Positions 1 through 9,927 are shown, counted from the stretch's first letter. The stretch is 64,000 nt of DNA from Calditrichia bacterium (GCA_963796965.1 CAWCNS010000011.1:640001-704000); one strand, 5' to 3'. Notes: generated from the letters alone by a model not told the origin. A program made the numbers and translations.

Positions 1-73
1 AATATAGCCGGCATCCTGCCAATAAGGCCCCCCTTACAATTGCCTCATTTCCCTTCATCAGATATTTGGGCAT
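1..73 (-). CDS. 2-oxoacid:ferredoxin oxidoreductase alpha subunit (VorB/KorA-like), N-terminus only, runs off the window
   Basis: Manual translation from ATG at 73 gives [24 protein letters not shown], the typical GNEA..GA..AGC N-terminus. TGATG overlap with the upstream ferredoxin stop. Not in the ORF track. Confidence 0.8.
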   Translation of the reverse strand, partial: MPKYLMKGNEAIVRGALLAGCRLY

Positions 74-324
74 CAGGTTACCTCCTCTATTTCAGCACCT
101 TTTTTATAGACAACAATGGCTTCAGGTTCCGGGCAGGCATAAAAACAAACACCACAGCCAGTACAACCATCGCCGAGATAATAGGCATAGTGATAACCCT
201 TTGTATTGAATTTTTCGTGATATTTTAATACATCTGGTGGGCAGGCATCGAGACAGAGTCCACACCCTTTACACAATTCAGGTTCAATCGTAACGGTAGG
301 TTTATCCAGCACTTTCACACCCAT
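73..324 (-). CDS. 2x[4Fe-4S] dicluster ferredoxin, probable delta subunit of a 2-oxoacid:ferredoxin oxidoreductase
   Basis: Two CxxCxxCxxxCP motifs ([24 protein letters not shown]). Start placed at ATG 324 after an AAGGA RBS. Confidence 0.9.
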   Translation of the reverse strand: MGVKVLDKPTVTIEPELCKGCGLCLDACPPDVLKYHEKFNTKGYHYAYYLGDGCTGCGVCFYACPEPEAIVVYKKGAEIEEVT

Positions 325-373
325 AATACCATCCTTTATTTTATGAATGTTAATATGTGATAAATTTGAATGG

Positions 374-388
374 ACAATATTCATGCCA
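374..388 (-). promoter_or_regulatory. sigma54-like -24/-12 promoter of the oxidoreductase operon
   Basis: Minus strand TGGCAT-GAATA-TTGT versus consensus TGGCAC-N5-TTGC. Predicted +1 near 362, 38 nt before the ATG. Confidence 0.55.
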
Positions 389-546
389 TGAATTTATCAA
401 TAGAAACGTATCCAAGTCCCTCCTGTAGGTTTAGAATAATTAAAGAGTTATAATATTATCAGATTTACCCTTTTTTGAACATTTTATCGCTTCACTTCTT
501 AAAAGTAAAATTGATTTATCCCATTTTATCAATTATTGGAAAAATT

Positions 547-1119
547 CTATTCTAATGCCTGTTCCTCTGAGGATCTATTTGTCCAGAGAATATCATCGCA
601 TCCTGATTCTTTATTCAAATACCTGGCAAAGACAAAAAGAAAATCTGACAAGCGATTGATATAGACCAGGATATTTTGATCTATTTCCTCCAACTTAGCA
701 AAACCCACCAGACGACGCTCCAGGCGACGACATACGGTGCGGGCTATATGGACAACAGCCGACGCCTCACTCCCCCCAGGCAAAATAAAGTTTTTTAACG
801 GAGCTAAATTACTCTCCAGATCATCAATATTATTCTCTATCTTTTTAATGTTATCCCCAGTAATCAATATTCCCTTTATTTTTTTCTCCTTCTCGCGCGG
901 TGTGGCCAATTCTGTCGATATTCTAAAAATATCATCTTGGATATCTTGCAATAAATTCACCCATTCATCCTTTTCAAGATGGGATATGATTAGACCCAGA
1001 TGACTATTTAGTTCATCGGCAGCGCCATAAGCCTCAACACGAAGATCATCTTTATCTACAACCTGGCCTCCAAAAAGCTGTGTCCTTCCGGAATCTCCAA
1101 ACCCGGTGTATATCTTCAA
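547..1119 (-). CDS. pduO: ATP:cob(I)alamin adenosyltransferase, PduO type
   Basis: KIYT..GD.G.T, RVEAYG..DELNS, FILPGG, ARTVCRR.ERR and NRLSD.LF motifs. TTG start at 1119 with a GGAGG RBS. Confidence 0.92.
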   Translation of the reverse strand: MKIYTGFGDSGRTQLFGGQVVDKDDLRVEAYGAADELNSHLGLIISHLEKDEWVNLLQDIQDDIFRISTELATPREKEKKIKGILITGDNIKKIENNIDDLESNLAPLKNFILPGGSEASAVVHIARTVCRRLERRLVGFAKLEEIDQNILVYINRLSDFLFVFARYLNKESGCDDILWTNRSSEEQALE

Positions 1120-1254
1120 TTCCAGAACCTCCACATAAAGAAAGAAGGCCCATTTCTGGACCTGTTTTACATATAAAATACGATTCGCTGTATTGTTTGG
1201 TGAGTGAATAACATAGCTTTTAATATAGGATAGTTGATCGTGAAATCCAAGAAA

Positions 1255-1354
1255 AGAAAAAAGAGAGCGTTGATAAAAGTGAGGGTTTTTGGGAGGCTTT
1301 TCACTTTTATAAGGAGGTTATGGGGGTAAATTATCAACACTCTCATAGGATTGC
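1255..1354 (-). ncRNA. putative ~100-nt small RNA with C-rich anti-SD loops and a U-tailed terminal stem
   Basis: Outer stem GAGAGUGUUGAUAA/UUAUCAACGCUCUC has one G.U that pairs only on the minus strand. Inner 10-bp hairpin AUAAAAGUGA/UCACUUUUAU, then a U6CUUUUC tail. A sigma54-like box lies at the correct distance upstream. Confidence 0.6.
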
Positions 1355-1365
1355 TTTTACATACG

Positions 1366-1380
1366 TCAACTTCCATGCCA
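1366..1380 (-). promoter_or_regulatory. sigma54-like -24/-12 promoter of the putative sRNA
   Basis: Minus strand TGGCAT-GGAAG-TTGA. GG at 1379/1378 predicts +1 at 1354, 10 nt before the outer stem begins. Confidence 0.55.
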
Positions 1381-1485
1381 ATGTTTCAAACAATTCTTCT
1401 TTAGACATAAAGGTCATAGAGGTATTTATATAATATTATTGGAGTTATCTTAGTTAGATGAGAAAAAATTAGAAAATAATAATTG

Positions 1486-1504
1486 ATGTGGAATATTTCC
1501 ACAT
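1486..1504. promoter_or_regulatory. palindromic operator, candidate enhancer-binding-protein site (TGT-N11-ACA)
   Basis: Perfect ATGTGGAA-TAT-TTCCACAT, 130-150 bp upstream of the predicted sRNA +1. Confidence 0.45.
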
Positions 1505-1615
1505 GTGTTTGTTTTTATTTAGTTTAATAGATCTCCGAGGCCTCTATGGTATAAATTCTGGCCCGAAGGCGGAGAACTATAATAAAATAGAACAGTGGTG
1601 CGGAAATGAAATAAT

Positions 1616-3071
1616 TTACTCTTTTTGCCAGGTGGGACCTTCAGGTGTGTCTTTCAAGGTAAGACCATGGTCTTTTAACTCATCACGGATCTTGTCAGAG
1701 AGAGCAAAATTTTTCTCTTTACGAAGATCAGTACGGATTCCAAGTACTATCTGCATCACATTTTCAAGATCTTTTTCTGAAGTGTTCTGATTGTCTTTCT
1801 GTGTGATAGTGATTCCTAAAACGCCTTCTAATGTATCTTTTAAAATTTCCTTTAATTCAATCCAGTCGTTTTTGGTGTATTGCTCTTCTGACATATCCAT
1901 TGATTTATTTACTTTATTGATCAAATCAAAGACAGATGCCAAAGCCTGAGGTGTGTTAAAGTCATCATTCATAGCGCTTTGGAAAGAGTTTATAAAACTC
2001 TCTGTTAGTTGGCCGGAAGACTTTTCGTCATCTGAACTGGTTTTTATTCTCTGATTCAGGCGAACTAAAAAAGTTTGAATTTTTTTCAGACCAGAAGTGG
2101 CCGCATCCAGAGCCTTTTCGCTAAAGTCTAGTGCTGAGCGGTAATGGCTCATTAATATAAAATATCGGATAGCCATCGGATCATACTTTTGGACAGCGTC
2201 TTTGATTGTGATAAAATTTTTTAATGATTTACCCATTTTTACACCATCGACTGTCACCATATTATTATGCATCCAATATTTGACAAATTGCTTTTGATAG
2301 GCTCCCTCACTTTGAGCAATTTCACATTCGTGATGAGGAAAAATATTTTCCAAACCACCTCCATGGATATCTATTGTTTCTCCTAAATATTTTGTGGACA
2401 TGGAAGAACATTCAATATGCCATCCCGGATATCCTTCACTCCATGGACTTTTCCAGCGCATGATATGTTCAGGGAGCTGCTTTCTTCCATAAAGCAAAAT
2501 CAGCTGGATGTTTTTTGTCATCGACAACATCAATTCTGGCACCTGCCTCTAATTCATCCACTTTCCTTCCCGACAACTTTCCATACCCCGGGAAACTATG
2601 TACATCAAAGTAGACATTCCCACCAACTTCGTATGCAAGTCCCTTCTCGATTAACGAATTAATCATCTCAATCTGTTCCATTATGTGCCCGGAGGCCCGT
2701 GGGGAAATATCGGGCCTAAGATTACCCAGCTGGTCCATATCCTCAAAATAACTTCTGGTGTAATGTTCAACAACTTCCATGGGATCCAGCTTTTCTAACC
2801 GCGCCTTTTTAGCAATTCGGTCTTCTCCCTCACCTTCGTCACCAAGCATATGGCCAACATCCGTTAGATTCTGGATATACTTTACCTTAAATCCAAGATA
2901 GCGGAGATAACGGACAATAATATCAAAAGAGATATAACTCTTAGCATGACCCAGATGGGAATCATCATACACCGTCGGCCCACAAACATAAATACCGACC
3001 AAGCCTGGTGTTATTGGTTCAAAAGATTCTTTTTTTCTTGTTAATGTATTGTAAATATTAAGATTATCCAT
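1616..3071 (-). CDS. cysS: cysteine--tRNA ligase, split by one frameshift near 2473
   Basis: YVCGPTVY, HLGH, DFALWK, PGWHIECS, IHGGG..FPHHE and KMGKS motifs across two ORFs. Removing one C from GCTCCCTGAA joins them (KKAAP-EHIMRW). Confidence 0.95.
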
Positions 3072-3114
3072 GAATCCCACCTTAGTTCCACTATTTAATT
3101 CAGCGTAAGTTAGG

Positions 3115-3300
3115 TTCTCACGCAAAGACGCTAAGACGCCGAGAAAATTAATTCAAATAAAATATTTAGTAATTTTTATACCATATAATATCAGGTTTAA
3201 ATAATCAATAATTTAAGGAAAATAGATTTTCAAGTATATCAACGATCAAACGATTGTGATTTTTTATCTTTTCCTTTGCGCCTTTGCGTCTCTGCGAGAA
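3115..3300. repeat. miniature inverted-repeat element with arms of tandem CGCAAAGA-like 8-mers
   Basis: Left arm TTCTCACGCAAAGACGCTAAGACGCCGAG (from 3115) and right arm CTTTGCGCCTTTGCGTCTCTGCGAGAA (to 3300) around an AT-rich spacer. A lone arm also occurs at ~27584-27603. Confidence 0.7.
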
Positions 3301-3321
3301 AAAATAAATATTCAGACATTC

Positions 3322-4758
3322 CTATCTCTCTATTGCCTGGTTAAGATATTTGAGGATCTTCTCTTTACCAAACACCTCTATTACCACTGGCAATTCTGGG
3401 CCTGCTGTCAGGCCGGTCAAAGCTACTCGCACCGGCATCCACAGATCTTTTCCTTTTACACCTGTTTCCATCTGTACCTTAACCATAATCTGTTTAAATC
3501 CGTCCAGAGTAATGTCAGCCTCAGATGCTATTTCCTCTGCGAGGGCTTTAAAAACTTTTTTACTTGATTCACTTTGAATCCAGGGGAGAGCATCTTCCCC
3601 ATACTCTAAATCCCCGTCATTTATAAAGAGACTCACTTTTTCTTTAAGATCACCAAAAGTTTCTAAAGAATTTCTCACTGCCAGCGTGATTTGATCAATT
3701 TTATTACGGGTACCTGAATCTAATTCCAGTTTTTTCATTTCCTCCCGCGCATAAGCAAGATATTTTTCTTTGGGCAATTCTCTGATATAAAGACCGTTCA
3801 TCCATTTTAACTTTTCCTGATTAAAAACGGCACCGGATTTACTCACACGATCCAAAGAAAAATCGGAGACCAGTTCATCCATTGAAAATATCTCTTGGTC
3901 ATCCCCGCGGTTCCAACCCAGCAATGCCACAAAATTAATCAGTGATTCGGGAAGATATCCCTTATTACGATAATCCTCAACCGCAACATCTCCCTGTCTT
4001 TTGCTCAATTTACTGCGATCGGGATTTAGCAGAAGTGGTAAATGGGCAAAAGCGGGTAACTCCCAGTTCAGATAGTGATAGAGTAGAATATGCTTGGGTG
4101 TGCTGATCAACCATTCCTCTCCACGAATCACATGCGATATTTTCATATAATGATCATCAACCACATTTGCTAAATGATAGGTGGGAAAACCATCACTTTT
4201 TATTAATACCTGATCATCAATCATTTCATTCTGAAAATCAACTTTTCCCCTGATTAAATCCTGGACCGATGTTATACCATCGGCTGGTATTTTCAGGCGA
4301 ATGACGTGTTCTTCATTTTTTCGTCTTTTCTCTGCCTCCGTTGGAGAAATTTGCCGACAATGGCCATCGTATTTAGGAGTTATTTTTCGATTTATCTGAT
4401 CTTCGCGCATTTTCTCCAAACGGTCTGCAGTACAAAAACAAGGATAGGCATTTTTTTGATCTATTAATTCTTCCGCATACTTTTTATATAATTCAGTTCG
4501 CTGTGATTGGTAATAGGGGCCAAAATCTGTCTCCTTGTCTGGTCCTTCATCATATTCCAAACCACTCCACTGAAGCGTATCAAGTAGGTTTTCTACCGCT
4601 CCTTCTGTATAGCGGGCCTGATCCGTGTCTTCAACGCGTAGAACAAATTTGCCATTATGATTTTTTGCAAATAAATAATTATATAATGCTGTACGCAGAC
4701 TGCCTACATGAACGAACCCCGTAGGACTTGGCGCAAAACGAACACGTACATTACTCAA
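3322..4758 (-). CDS. gltX: glutamate--tRNA ligase
   Basis: RVRFAPSPTG, HVGS, LRVEDTD, HVIRGEEW and KLSKR motifs. Confidence 0.97.
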   Translation of the reverse strand: MSNVRVRFAPSPTGFVHVGSLRTALYNYLFAKNHNGKFVLRVEDTDQARYTEGAVENLLDTLQWSGLEYDEGPDKETDFGPYYQSQRTELYKKYAEELIDQKNAYPCFCTADRLEKMREDQINRKITPKYDGHCRQISPTEAEKRRKNEEHVIRLKIPADGITSVQDLIRGKVDFQNEMIDDQVLIKSDGFPTYHLANVVDDHYMKISHVIRGEEWLISTPKHILLYHYLNWELPAFAHLPLLLNPDRSKLSKRQGDVAVEDYRNKGYLPESLINFVALLGWNRGDDQEIFSMDELVSDFSLDRVSKSGAVFNQEKLKWMNGLYIRELPKEKYLAYAREEMKKLELDSGTRNKIDQITLAVRNSLETFGDLKEKVSLFINDGDLEYGEDALPWIQSESSKKVFKALAEEIASEADITLDGFKQIMVKVQMETGVKGKDLWMPVRVALTGLTAGPELPVVIEVFGKEKILKYLNQAIER

Positions 4759-5387
4759 TATATTTCTCCCTCAGAATTCTTATCTTGAATATTCTGTTTC
4801 TTTTTTCGGTAAATGATATATCCAACAACTAAGATCGTCAATCCTATTAATACTATGTTGTACTGAGAAATAATATCCGTGATTATTTCCCAATTGTTAC
4901 CGACAAGCATCCCGGCCATTATTAAAAGTCCATTCCAAATGGCCGCACTCACAAATGACAATCCCAAGACAATTATAAAATTAAGATGGAAAAAGCCGGC
5001 GAAAAGCGATATGACACTTCTTGTTCCTGATAAAAATCGATTGGCAAAAATGACCCAATAGCCCCATTTACTAAACCATATCTCAACTTTATTAATCTGT
5101 TCTTCTTTAAATATTCGCGCTCTTGAATCTTTATAGATAAATGAACGACCAAAATGTCTTCCTAAGAGAAACATGGTAATAAAACCGGCCACACTGCCAA
5201 GGGTTGTCGCAAGATAAACGCCCATAAACGTTAATTGACCAATTGAAACGAGATAGGCCCCCAGAACAACAACCGTGTCTCCCGGAACCGGAGGGAGTAC
5301 ATTTTCGACAAAAGCACTGACAGCCAGGATAAGGTAGGCCATTGTCGGACTGATCTGATCAAACAAGGTCTGAAGATTTTCAATCAT
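4755..5387 (-). CDS. dedA: DedA family membrane protein
   Basis: ENVLPPVPGD, GSVAG..MF.LGR and RFLSGTR motifs; hydrophobic. Confidence 0.9.
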   Translation of the reverse strand: MIENLQTLFDQISPTMAYLILAVSAFVENVLPPVPGDTVVVLGAYLVSIGQLTFMGVYLATTLGSVAGFITMFLLGRHFGRSFIYKDSRARIFKEEQINKVEIWFSKWGYWVIFANRFLSGTRSVISLFAGFFHLNFIIVLGLSFVSAAIWNGLLIMAGMLVGNNWEIITDIISQYNIVLIGLTILVVGYIIYRKKKQNIQDKNSEGEIY

Positions 5388-5395
5388 AATGATCG

Positions 5396-5869
5396 TTACC
5401 TTGGCTTAAGAAGGGCGATGGCATAACAGATAGCGCCTTCGCCACGACCAACAAATCCCAGGCCTTCTCCGCGTGTGGCTTTTACATTGACTTGATGTGG
5501 TTTCAAAAAAAGGTTTCGGGCAATATTTTTTACAATTTCACTTTTAAACGGTGATATTTTCGGTTTTTCAAGCACAATCGAAATATCAATATTTACAATT
5601 TCAAACTTTTCAAAATGGATTTTCCTCTCTGTTTCCTGCAAAAACCCAAGGCTGTCATAATCCTTATATTTTTCATCCGTGTCAGGAAAATGTTCGCCTA
5701 TATCCCCCAGACCGGCAGCCCCTAATAATGAATCAACAACCGCATGTGAAACAACATCAGCATCAGAGTGGCCACTCAACCCTAATTCTGAAGGAATATG
5801 AACACCGCCCAATATTAAGGGCCGGTCCTTGACAAGAGGATGAATATCATATCCGAATCCAATACGCAT
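5396..5869 (-). CDS. ispF: 2-C-methyl-D-erythritol 2,4-cyclodiphosphate synthase
   Basis: RIGFGYDIH, GHSDADV, GDIGEHFPD and KATRGEGLG motifs. Confidence 0.97.
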   Translation of the reverse strand: MRIGFGYDIHPLVKDRPLILGGVHIPSELGLSGHSDADVVSHAVVDSLLGAAGLGDIGEHFPDTDEKYKDYDSLGFLQETERKIHFEKFEIVNIDISIVLEKPKISPFKSEIVKNIARNLFLKPHQVNVKATRGEGLGFVGRGEGAICYAIALLKPR

Positions 5870-6558
5870 TAGTTGATTCCTTCCTGATCAAAAATCCGGG
5901 CAATTTTTAAATCTTCTTCTGTCGTGATTTTAATGTTGGAATAGCTGCCCATAACCACCCTCACCGAATATCCACACCATTCGACTAATGCTGCTTCATC
6001 AGTTGAATAGTAGCGGGCCTCTTTCGCTTTCTTATGAGCCTCTTTTAATATATGATATTTGAAGGTTTGAGGTGTTTGAATTTGCCAGAGATCTTCCCTG
6101 GGGATCGTTTCCTGCACCTCTTGATCCATTACACGTTTAATGGTTTCTTTGACGGGGACTGCTATCACACAAGCACCGGAATCGGCGGCCGTCTGAATTG
6201 AGACATCAATCATCTGGGTTGTTAGAAATGGACGGACACCATCATGGACCATAACAATATCTGTCTCTGAAGGTATAGCCTCCAAACCTTTATAAACAGA
6301 GTCTTGCCGCTCATTGCCACCGGCTACGATTTTAAATTTCTGTGAAAAATCCTCTATATTTGATAGTAGCTGACGGGTGTTTTCGATTTCATTTGCTGCT
6401 GCCACAACCACACCGTGATGAATCGATGGCAGAGAGACAAATTTTCTAGTTGTGATGGAAATGATTGGTTCATCGTTGAGTTTCAGATATTGTTTGGGCA
6501 CGGGGCCACCTAATCGTGTGCCCCTGCCCGCGACGGGTATGATTGCAGAAACAATCAT
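5869..6558 (-). CDS. ispD: 2-C-methyl-D-erythritol 4-phosphate cytidylyltransferase
   Basis: AG.GTR...PKQY, GG.ERQDSV, HDGVRPF, QTPQ and NIKITT motifs. Confidence 0.96.
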   Translation of the reverse strand: MIVSAIIPVAGRGTRLGGPVPKQYLKLNDEPIISITTRKFVSLPSIHHGVVVAAANEIENTRQLLSNIEDFSQKFKIVAGGNERQDSVYKGLEAIPSETDIVMVHDGVRPFLTTQMIDVSIQTAADSGACVIAVPVKETIKRVMDQEVQETIPREDLWQIQTPQTFKYHILKEAHKKAKEARYYSTDEAALVEWCGYSVRVVMGSYSNIKITTEEDLKIARIFDQEGIN

Positions 6559-6559
6559 C

Positions 6560-7591
6560 TCACAGAATCAACATTGCATCGCCATAGCTGAAAAAGCGAT
6601 ATTTCTCTGCAATAGCTTCCTCATATGCAGTTTTAGCCAGATCATAGCCACAAAAAGTACAAACCAAAATATAAAGGGTTGATTGGGATTGGTGGAAATT
6701 GGTAATCAGACCGTCTACCATTTTAAATGAATAGGGCGGAAAAATAAATTTATCTGTCCAGCCGCTGGATGCTTTCACTTTCTTGTCAGGAATTGCTGCT
6801 GTTTCCAACACCCTAACTGTCGTCGTTCCAACAGCAATTATTTTACCACCATTTTTCTTTACCTGATTTATCCTCTCAGCTGAATCCTCTGACAACTCAT
6901 AATATTCTGAATCCATCTGATGTCGGCTTAAATCTTCAACCTGTACAGGTCTGAATGTACCAAGTCCAACATGCAATACTAAGGGAATTACATCGACTCC
7001 CTTTTGCTTGAGTTTCTCAATTATGTCATCGGTAAAGTGCAATCCTGCTGTAGGAGCAGCGACAGCACCCGTTTTTTTGGCATATATTGTCTGGTACCGC
7101 TCTTTATCAATGGCTTCCGTATCACGTTTGATATAGGGCGGTAATGGTGAATTTCCAACTTCTTCCACTAAATCAAAGAAATCTTTACCGTTATCATCAA
7201 ATTTTACTACCCGACCTCCTGAGATTGTATTATCGATGACATCGCAACCTATTGTATCGGCAATAACCAATCGATTACCGATACGTACTTTCCTTGCAGG
7301 TTTCACCAAAACTTCCCACATGGTATCTTCCAACTGACGTAACAACAGTACTTCAACCTGTGCATTGGTTTTTTCCTTAAATCCGATTAATCTTGCGGGA
7401 AACACCTTAGTCTCATTAACCACCAAAGCATCCCCCGGATTTAAGTGATCAATAATACCTGAGAAATCATGATGCCCAATCGATTTATCTTCCCGGCCAA
7501 GTAGCATCATCCGGGAATCCCCCCTCTCGACAGATGGGTATTGTGCAATTAATTCTTCAGGTAAATCATATTTAAAATCAGTTAATTTCAT
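6560..7591 (-). CDS. queA: S-adenosylmethionine:tRNA ribosyltransferase-isomerase
   Basis: DFKYDLPEELIAQYP, PLPPYI, AAPTAGLHF, VGTT.VR and RFFSYGDAM motifs. Start trimmed to MKLTDF. Confidence 0.97.
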   Translation of the reverse strand: MKLTDFKYDLPEELIAQYPSVERGDSRMMLLGREDKSIGHHDFSGIIDHLNPGDALVVNETKVFPARLIGFKEKTNAQVEVLLLRQLEDTMWEVLVKPARKVRIGNRLVIADTIGCDVIDNTISGGRVVKFDDNGKDFFDLVEEVGNSPLPPYIKRDTEAIDKERYQTIYAKKTGAVAAPTAGLHFTDDIIEKLKQKGVDVIPLVLHVGLGTFRPVQVEDLSRHQMDSEYYELSEDSAERINQVKKNGGKIIAVGTTTVRVLETAAIPDKKVKASSGWTDKFIFPPYSFKMVDGLITNFHQSQSTLYILVCTFCGYDLAKTAYEEAIAEKYRFFSYGDAMLIL

Positions 7592-7607
7592 CACGCGCCT
7601 CTGCTTT

Positions 7608-8642
7608 TTATTGTTGTTCAGAGAACAAGTCTCTTGGTTTATTAGTATTTTTAGGAGCTGGCATTTTAAAATGCTCATACGCAAGGAGTGTCGCCTCTCT
7701 TCCCCTGGATGTTCTTTTTAAATACCCCTGTTGTATGAGGTAGGGTTCATAGACCTCCTCAATCGTGTGACTTTCTTCACTGACCGCCACCGCAATCGTG
7801 CCTACGCCCACCGGACCGCCATTATATTTTTCAATGATTGTCATAAGAATCTTTTTATCCATTTCATCAAATCCACGTGAATCAACTTCTAACCTTTCCA
7901 GGGCATTTGAAGCAACAGATTTATTGATTTTATTATCCGCCTCAACCTGGGCAAAATCCCTCACACGTCTCAACAATCTGTTTGCCACCCGCGGTGTTCC
8001 CCGTGAACGACCGGCTATTTCCATTGCTCCATCATCATCAATATGAATATCTAATATTTTAGCTGACCTTTTGATGATCTGAAATATATCAGCTGCTTCA
8101 TAATAGTTGAGCCTTAATACGACGCCAAATCGTGCCCGCAATGGCGAGCTCAATAAACCAGCCCTCGTTGTTGCCCCGACCAGGGTAAAGGGACTCAAAT
8201 TCAACTTTATAGATCGTGCATTCGGCCCTTTATCAATCATAATATCCAGGTAAAAATCTTCCATGGCTGAGTAAAGGTACTCTTCTACAACTGTATTGGA
8301 GCGATGAATCTCATCTATAAATAGAACATCGTGATCCTGCAAATTCGTTAGAACACCAGCCAGATCACCAGCCTTTTCTAAAACCGGACCACTCGTCGAC
8401 ATGATCTGGGCCTGCAATTCCTGGCTGATTATATTCGCCAGGGTCGTTTTTCCCAGGCCTGGTGGACCATGCAATAGAACATGATCGAGCGCCTCTTGTC
8501 GTTCTTTTGTTGCACGGATAAACACAGCCAGATTTTCTTTTAAACGGTCCTGGCCAATAAAATCTGCCAGCTTCTGTGGTCTTAATGAAAGATCAAGATC
8601 GAGATCTTCATCAATTTTATCAGGCGTAATCAGATTCCGCAT
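7608..8642 (-). CDS. ruvB: Holliday junction branch-migration helicase RuvB
   Basis: [27 protein letters not shown] and [12 protein letters not shown] motifs. Confidence 0.98.
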   Translation of the reverse strand: MRNLITPDKIDEDLDLDLSLRPQKLADFIGQDRLKENLAVFIRATKERQEALDHVLLHGPPGLGKTTLANIISQELQAQIMSTSGPVLEKAGDLAGVLTNLQDHDVLFIDEIHRSNTVVEEYLYSAMEDFYLDIMIDKGPNARSIKLNLSPFTLVGATTRAGLLSSPLRARFGVVLRLNYYEAADIFQIIKRSAKILDIHIDDDGAMEIAGRSRGTPRVANRLLRRVRDFAQVEADNKINKSVASNALERLEVDSRGFDEMDKKILMTIIEKYNGGPVGVGTIAVAVSEESHTIEEVYEPYLIQQGYLKRTSRGREATLLAYEHFKMPAPKNTNKPRDLFSEQQ

Positions 8643-8702
8643 TTGCGCTCTCTGTTTTATAATAAAACTTGATTGCTCACATAAAATAAAATCTCAACTG
8701 AA

Positions 8703-8763
8703 GTCAACCTGAACTTGTTTCAGGTTCTATTTTAAGTAGATTCCGAAACAAGTTCGGAATGAC
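8703..8763. repeat. REP-like palindrome doublet (two inverted hairpin units)
   Basis: GTCAACCTGAACTTGTTTCAGGTTCT, 9-nt spacer, AGATTCCGAAACAAGTTCGGAATGAC. Each unit is an 8-bp hairpin. Confidence 0.7.
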
Positions 8764-8827
8764 GCCCTAATCGTAAGCGCGTATGATGATGATCTGTCAA
8801 ACGCAAATACGTACCGCTACTTTAGGT

Positions 8828-9427
8828 TCAGATAACCTGCAAAGCTCTTTTTATTAACTCTTCAGCGGTATCAACTTTTCCGATAGATCTTACTTTCATT
8901 AGGGCTTTTTCAATATTTCCTCGTTTATAACCTAATGAAATAAGTGCCAAAACCGTTTCCTCTTCTAACGAGCTTAGAACAGGAAGGATAACTTTCTTAT
9001 CCAGGTTTTCCTGAATCAATCCTAACTGAGAAAACTTCTCTTTCAGTTCCACAATCAAACGTTGTCCAGTTTTCGGACCTATACCGCTCACTGAGGTAAG
9101 ACGGGGCAAATCTCCATTTTGAATAGCCAGAATCAGCTCATCGAGTTGAATGCCTGACAATATCGTTTGTGCCAACCTCGGGCCAATTCCAGATACCGAA
9201 ATTAAGGCTATAAATACAGACCGCTCTTCCACTTTTGAGAAACCAAAAAACTGCAATGCATCTTCTCTTACATGCAAATATGTCTTTAGGGTCACTCGCC
9301 CGCCCACATCAGGAAGATCTTTGTAAGTATTCGTGCTAATCAGCAAGAAATACCCCATACCGGCATTTTCAATTACGACCTGCGTAGGATTTTTATCAGC
9401 AATGGTACCGGAAATAAAATCTATCAT
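8828..9427 (-). CDS. ruvA: Holliday junction DNA-binding protein RuvA
   Basis: HVREDA..FGF, SVSGIGPRLA, GIGPKT..RL.VELK and AL.SLGY motifs. Confidence 0.96.
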   Translation of the reverse strand: MIDFISGTIADKNPTQVVIENAGMGYFLLISTNTYKDLPDVGGRVTLKTYLHVREDALQFFGFSKVEERSVFIALISVSGIGPRLAQTILSGIQLDELILAIQNGDLPRLTSVSGIGPKTGQRLIVELKEKFSQLGLIQENLDKKVILPVLSSLEEETVLALISLGYKRGNIEKALMKVRSIGKVDTAEELIKRALQVI

Positions 9428-9927
9428 CGACCCTTTAACTTATCATTCAGACGGTGATAATGACAAAGTGCAACGGCTAATGCATCAGAGGCATCGTCTG
9501 GTGTAATGTCCTCCTTTAACCGCAGTATATTTTTAACCATAAAATGAACTTGATCTTTGGAAGCATTGCCCCTGCCTACAACGGCCAATTTTACCTCACG
9601 TGGTGAATATTCTGCTGGTTCAACCCCCAAATTCATTGGAGCGAGTAAGGCAATCCCCCGGGCCTGTCCCATAACAATGGCAGTTTTAACATTATCACTA
9701 TAAAAGATATCCTCAACAGCAACGAAATCGGGATGATACTGTGTAATGATGTCGGTCAGGCCATTATATATTTGCTTTAATCGATGAGGAAGTGGTTTAT
9801 TTCGTGTGGTTCTGACACATCCGTAGTAACAGAGATTTACTTCTCTTTTTTCCGAAACATCAATTATACCAAGACCCGTAATCATAGAACCCGGATCAAT
9901 ACCTAAAACTCTGATACCTGATGACAA
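9424..9927 (-). CDS. ruvC: crossover junction endodeoxyribonuclease RuvC
   Basis: LGIDPG, AVEDIF, GQARG, K.AVVG.G.ASK.QV and DDASDALAVA motifs. Confidence 0.96.
   Translation of the reverse strand: MSSGIRVLGIDPGSMITGLGIIDVSEKREVNLCYYGCVRTTRNKPLPHRLKQIYNGLTDIITQYHPDFVAVEDIFYSDNVKTAIVMGQARGIALLAPMNLGVEPAEYSPREVKLAVVGRGNASKDQVHFMVKNILRLKEDITPDDASDALAVALCHYHRLNDKLKGR

Noticed and set aside
1140..1380. Cobalamin riboswitch upstream of pduO
   Set aside because: No recognisable B12-box or GGGAA/ACUG core; the structure present is a closed stem with a U-tail.
1320..1433. Plus-strand 37-aa ORF after AAGGAGG, antisense to the sRNA (type I toxin idea)
   Set aside because: The SD is only 2 nt from the ATG and the peptide has no hydrophobic helix; G.U polarity, U-tail and promoter all favour the minus-strand RNA.
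1486..1504. DnaA boxes / replication origin
   Set aside because: Only imperfect TTCCACA matches in one palindrome; no box cluster and no dnaA/dnaN context.
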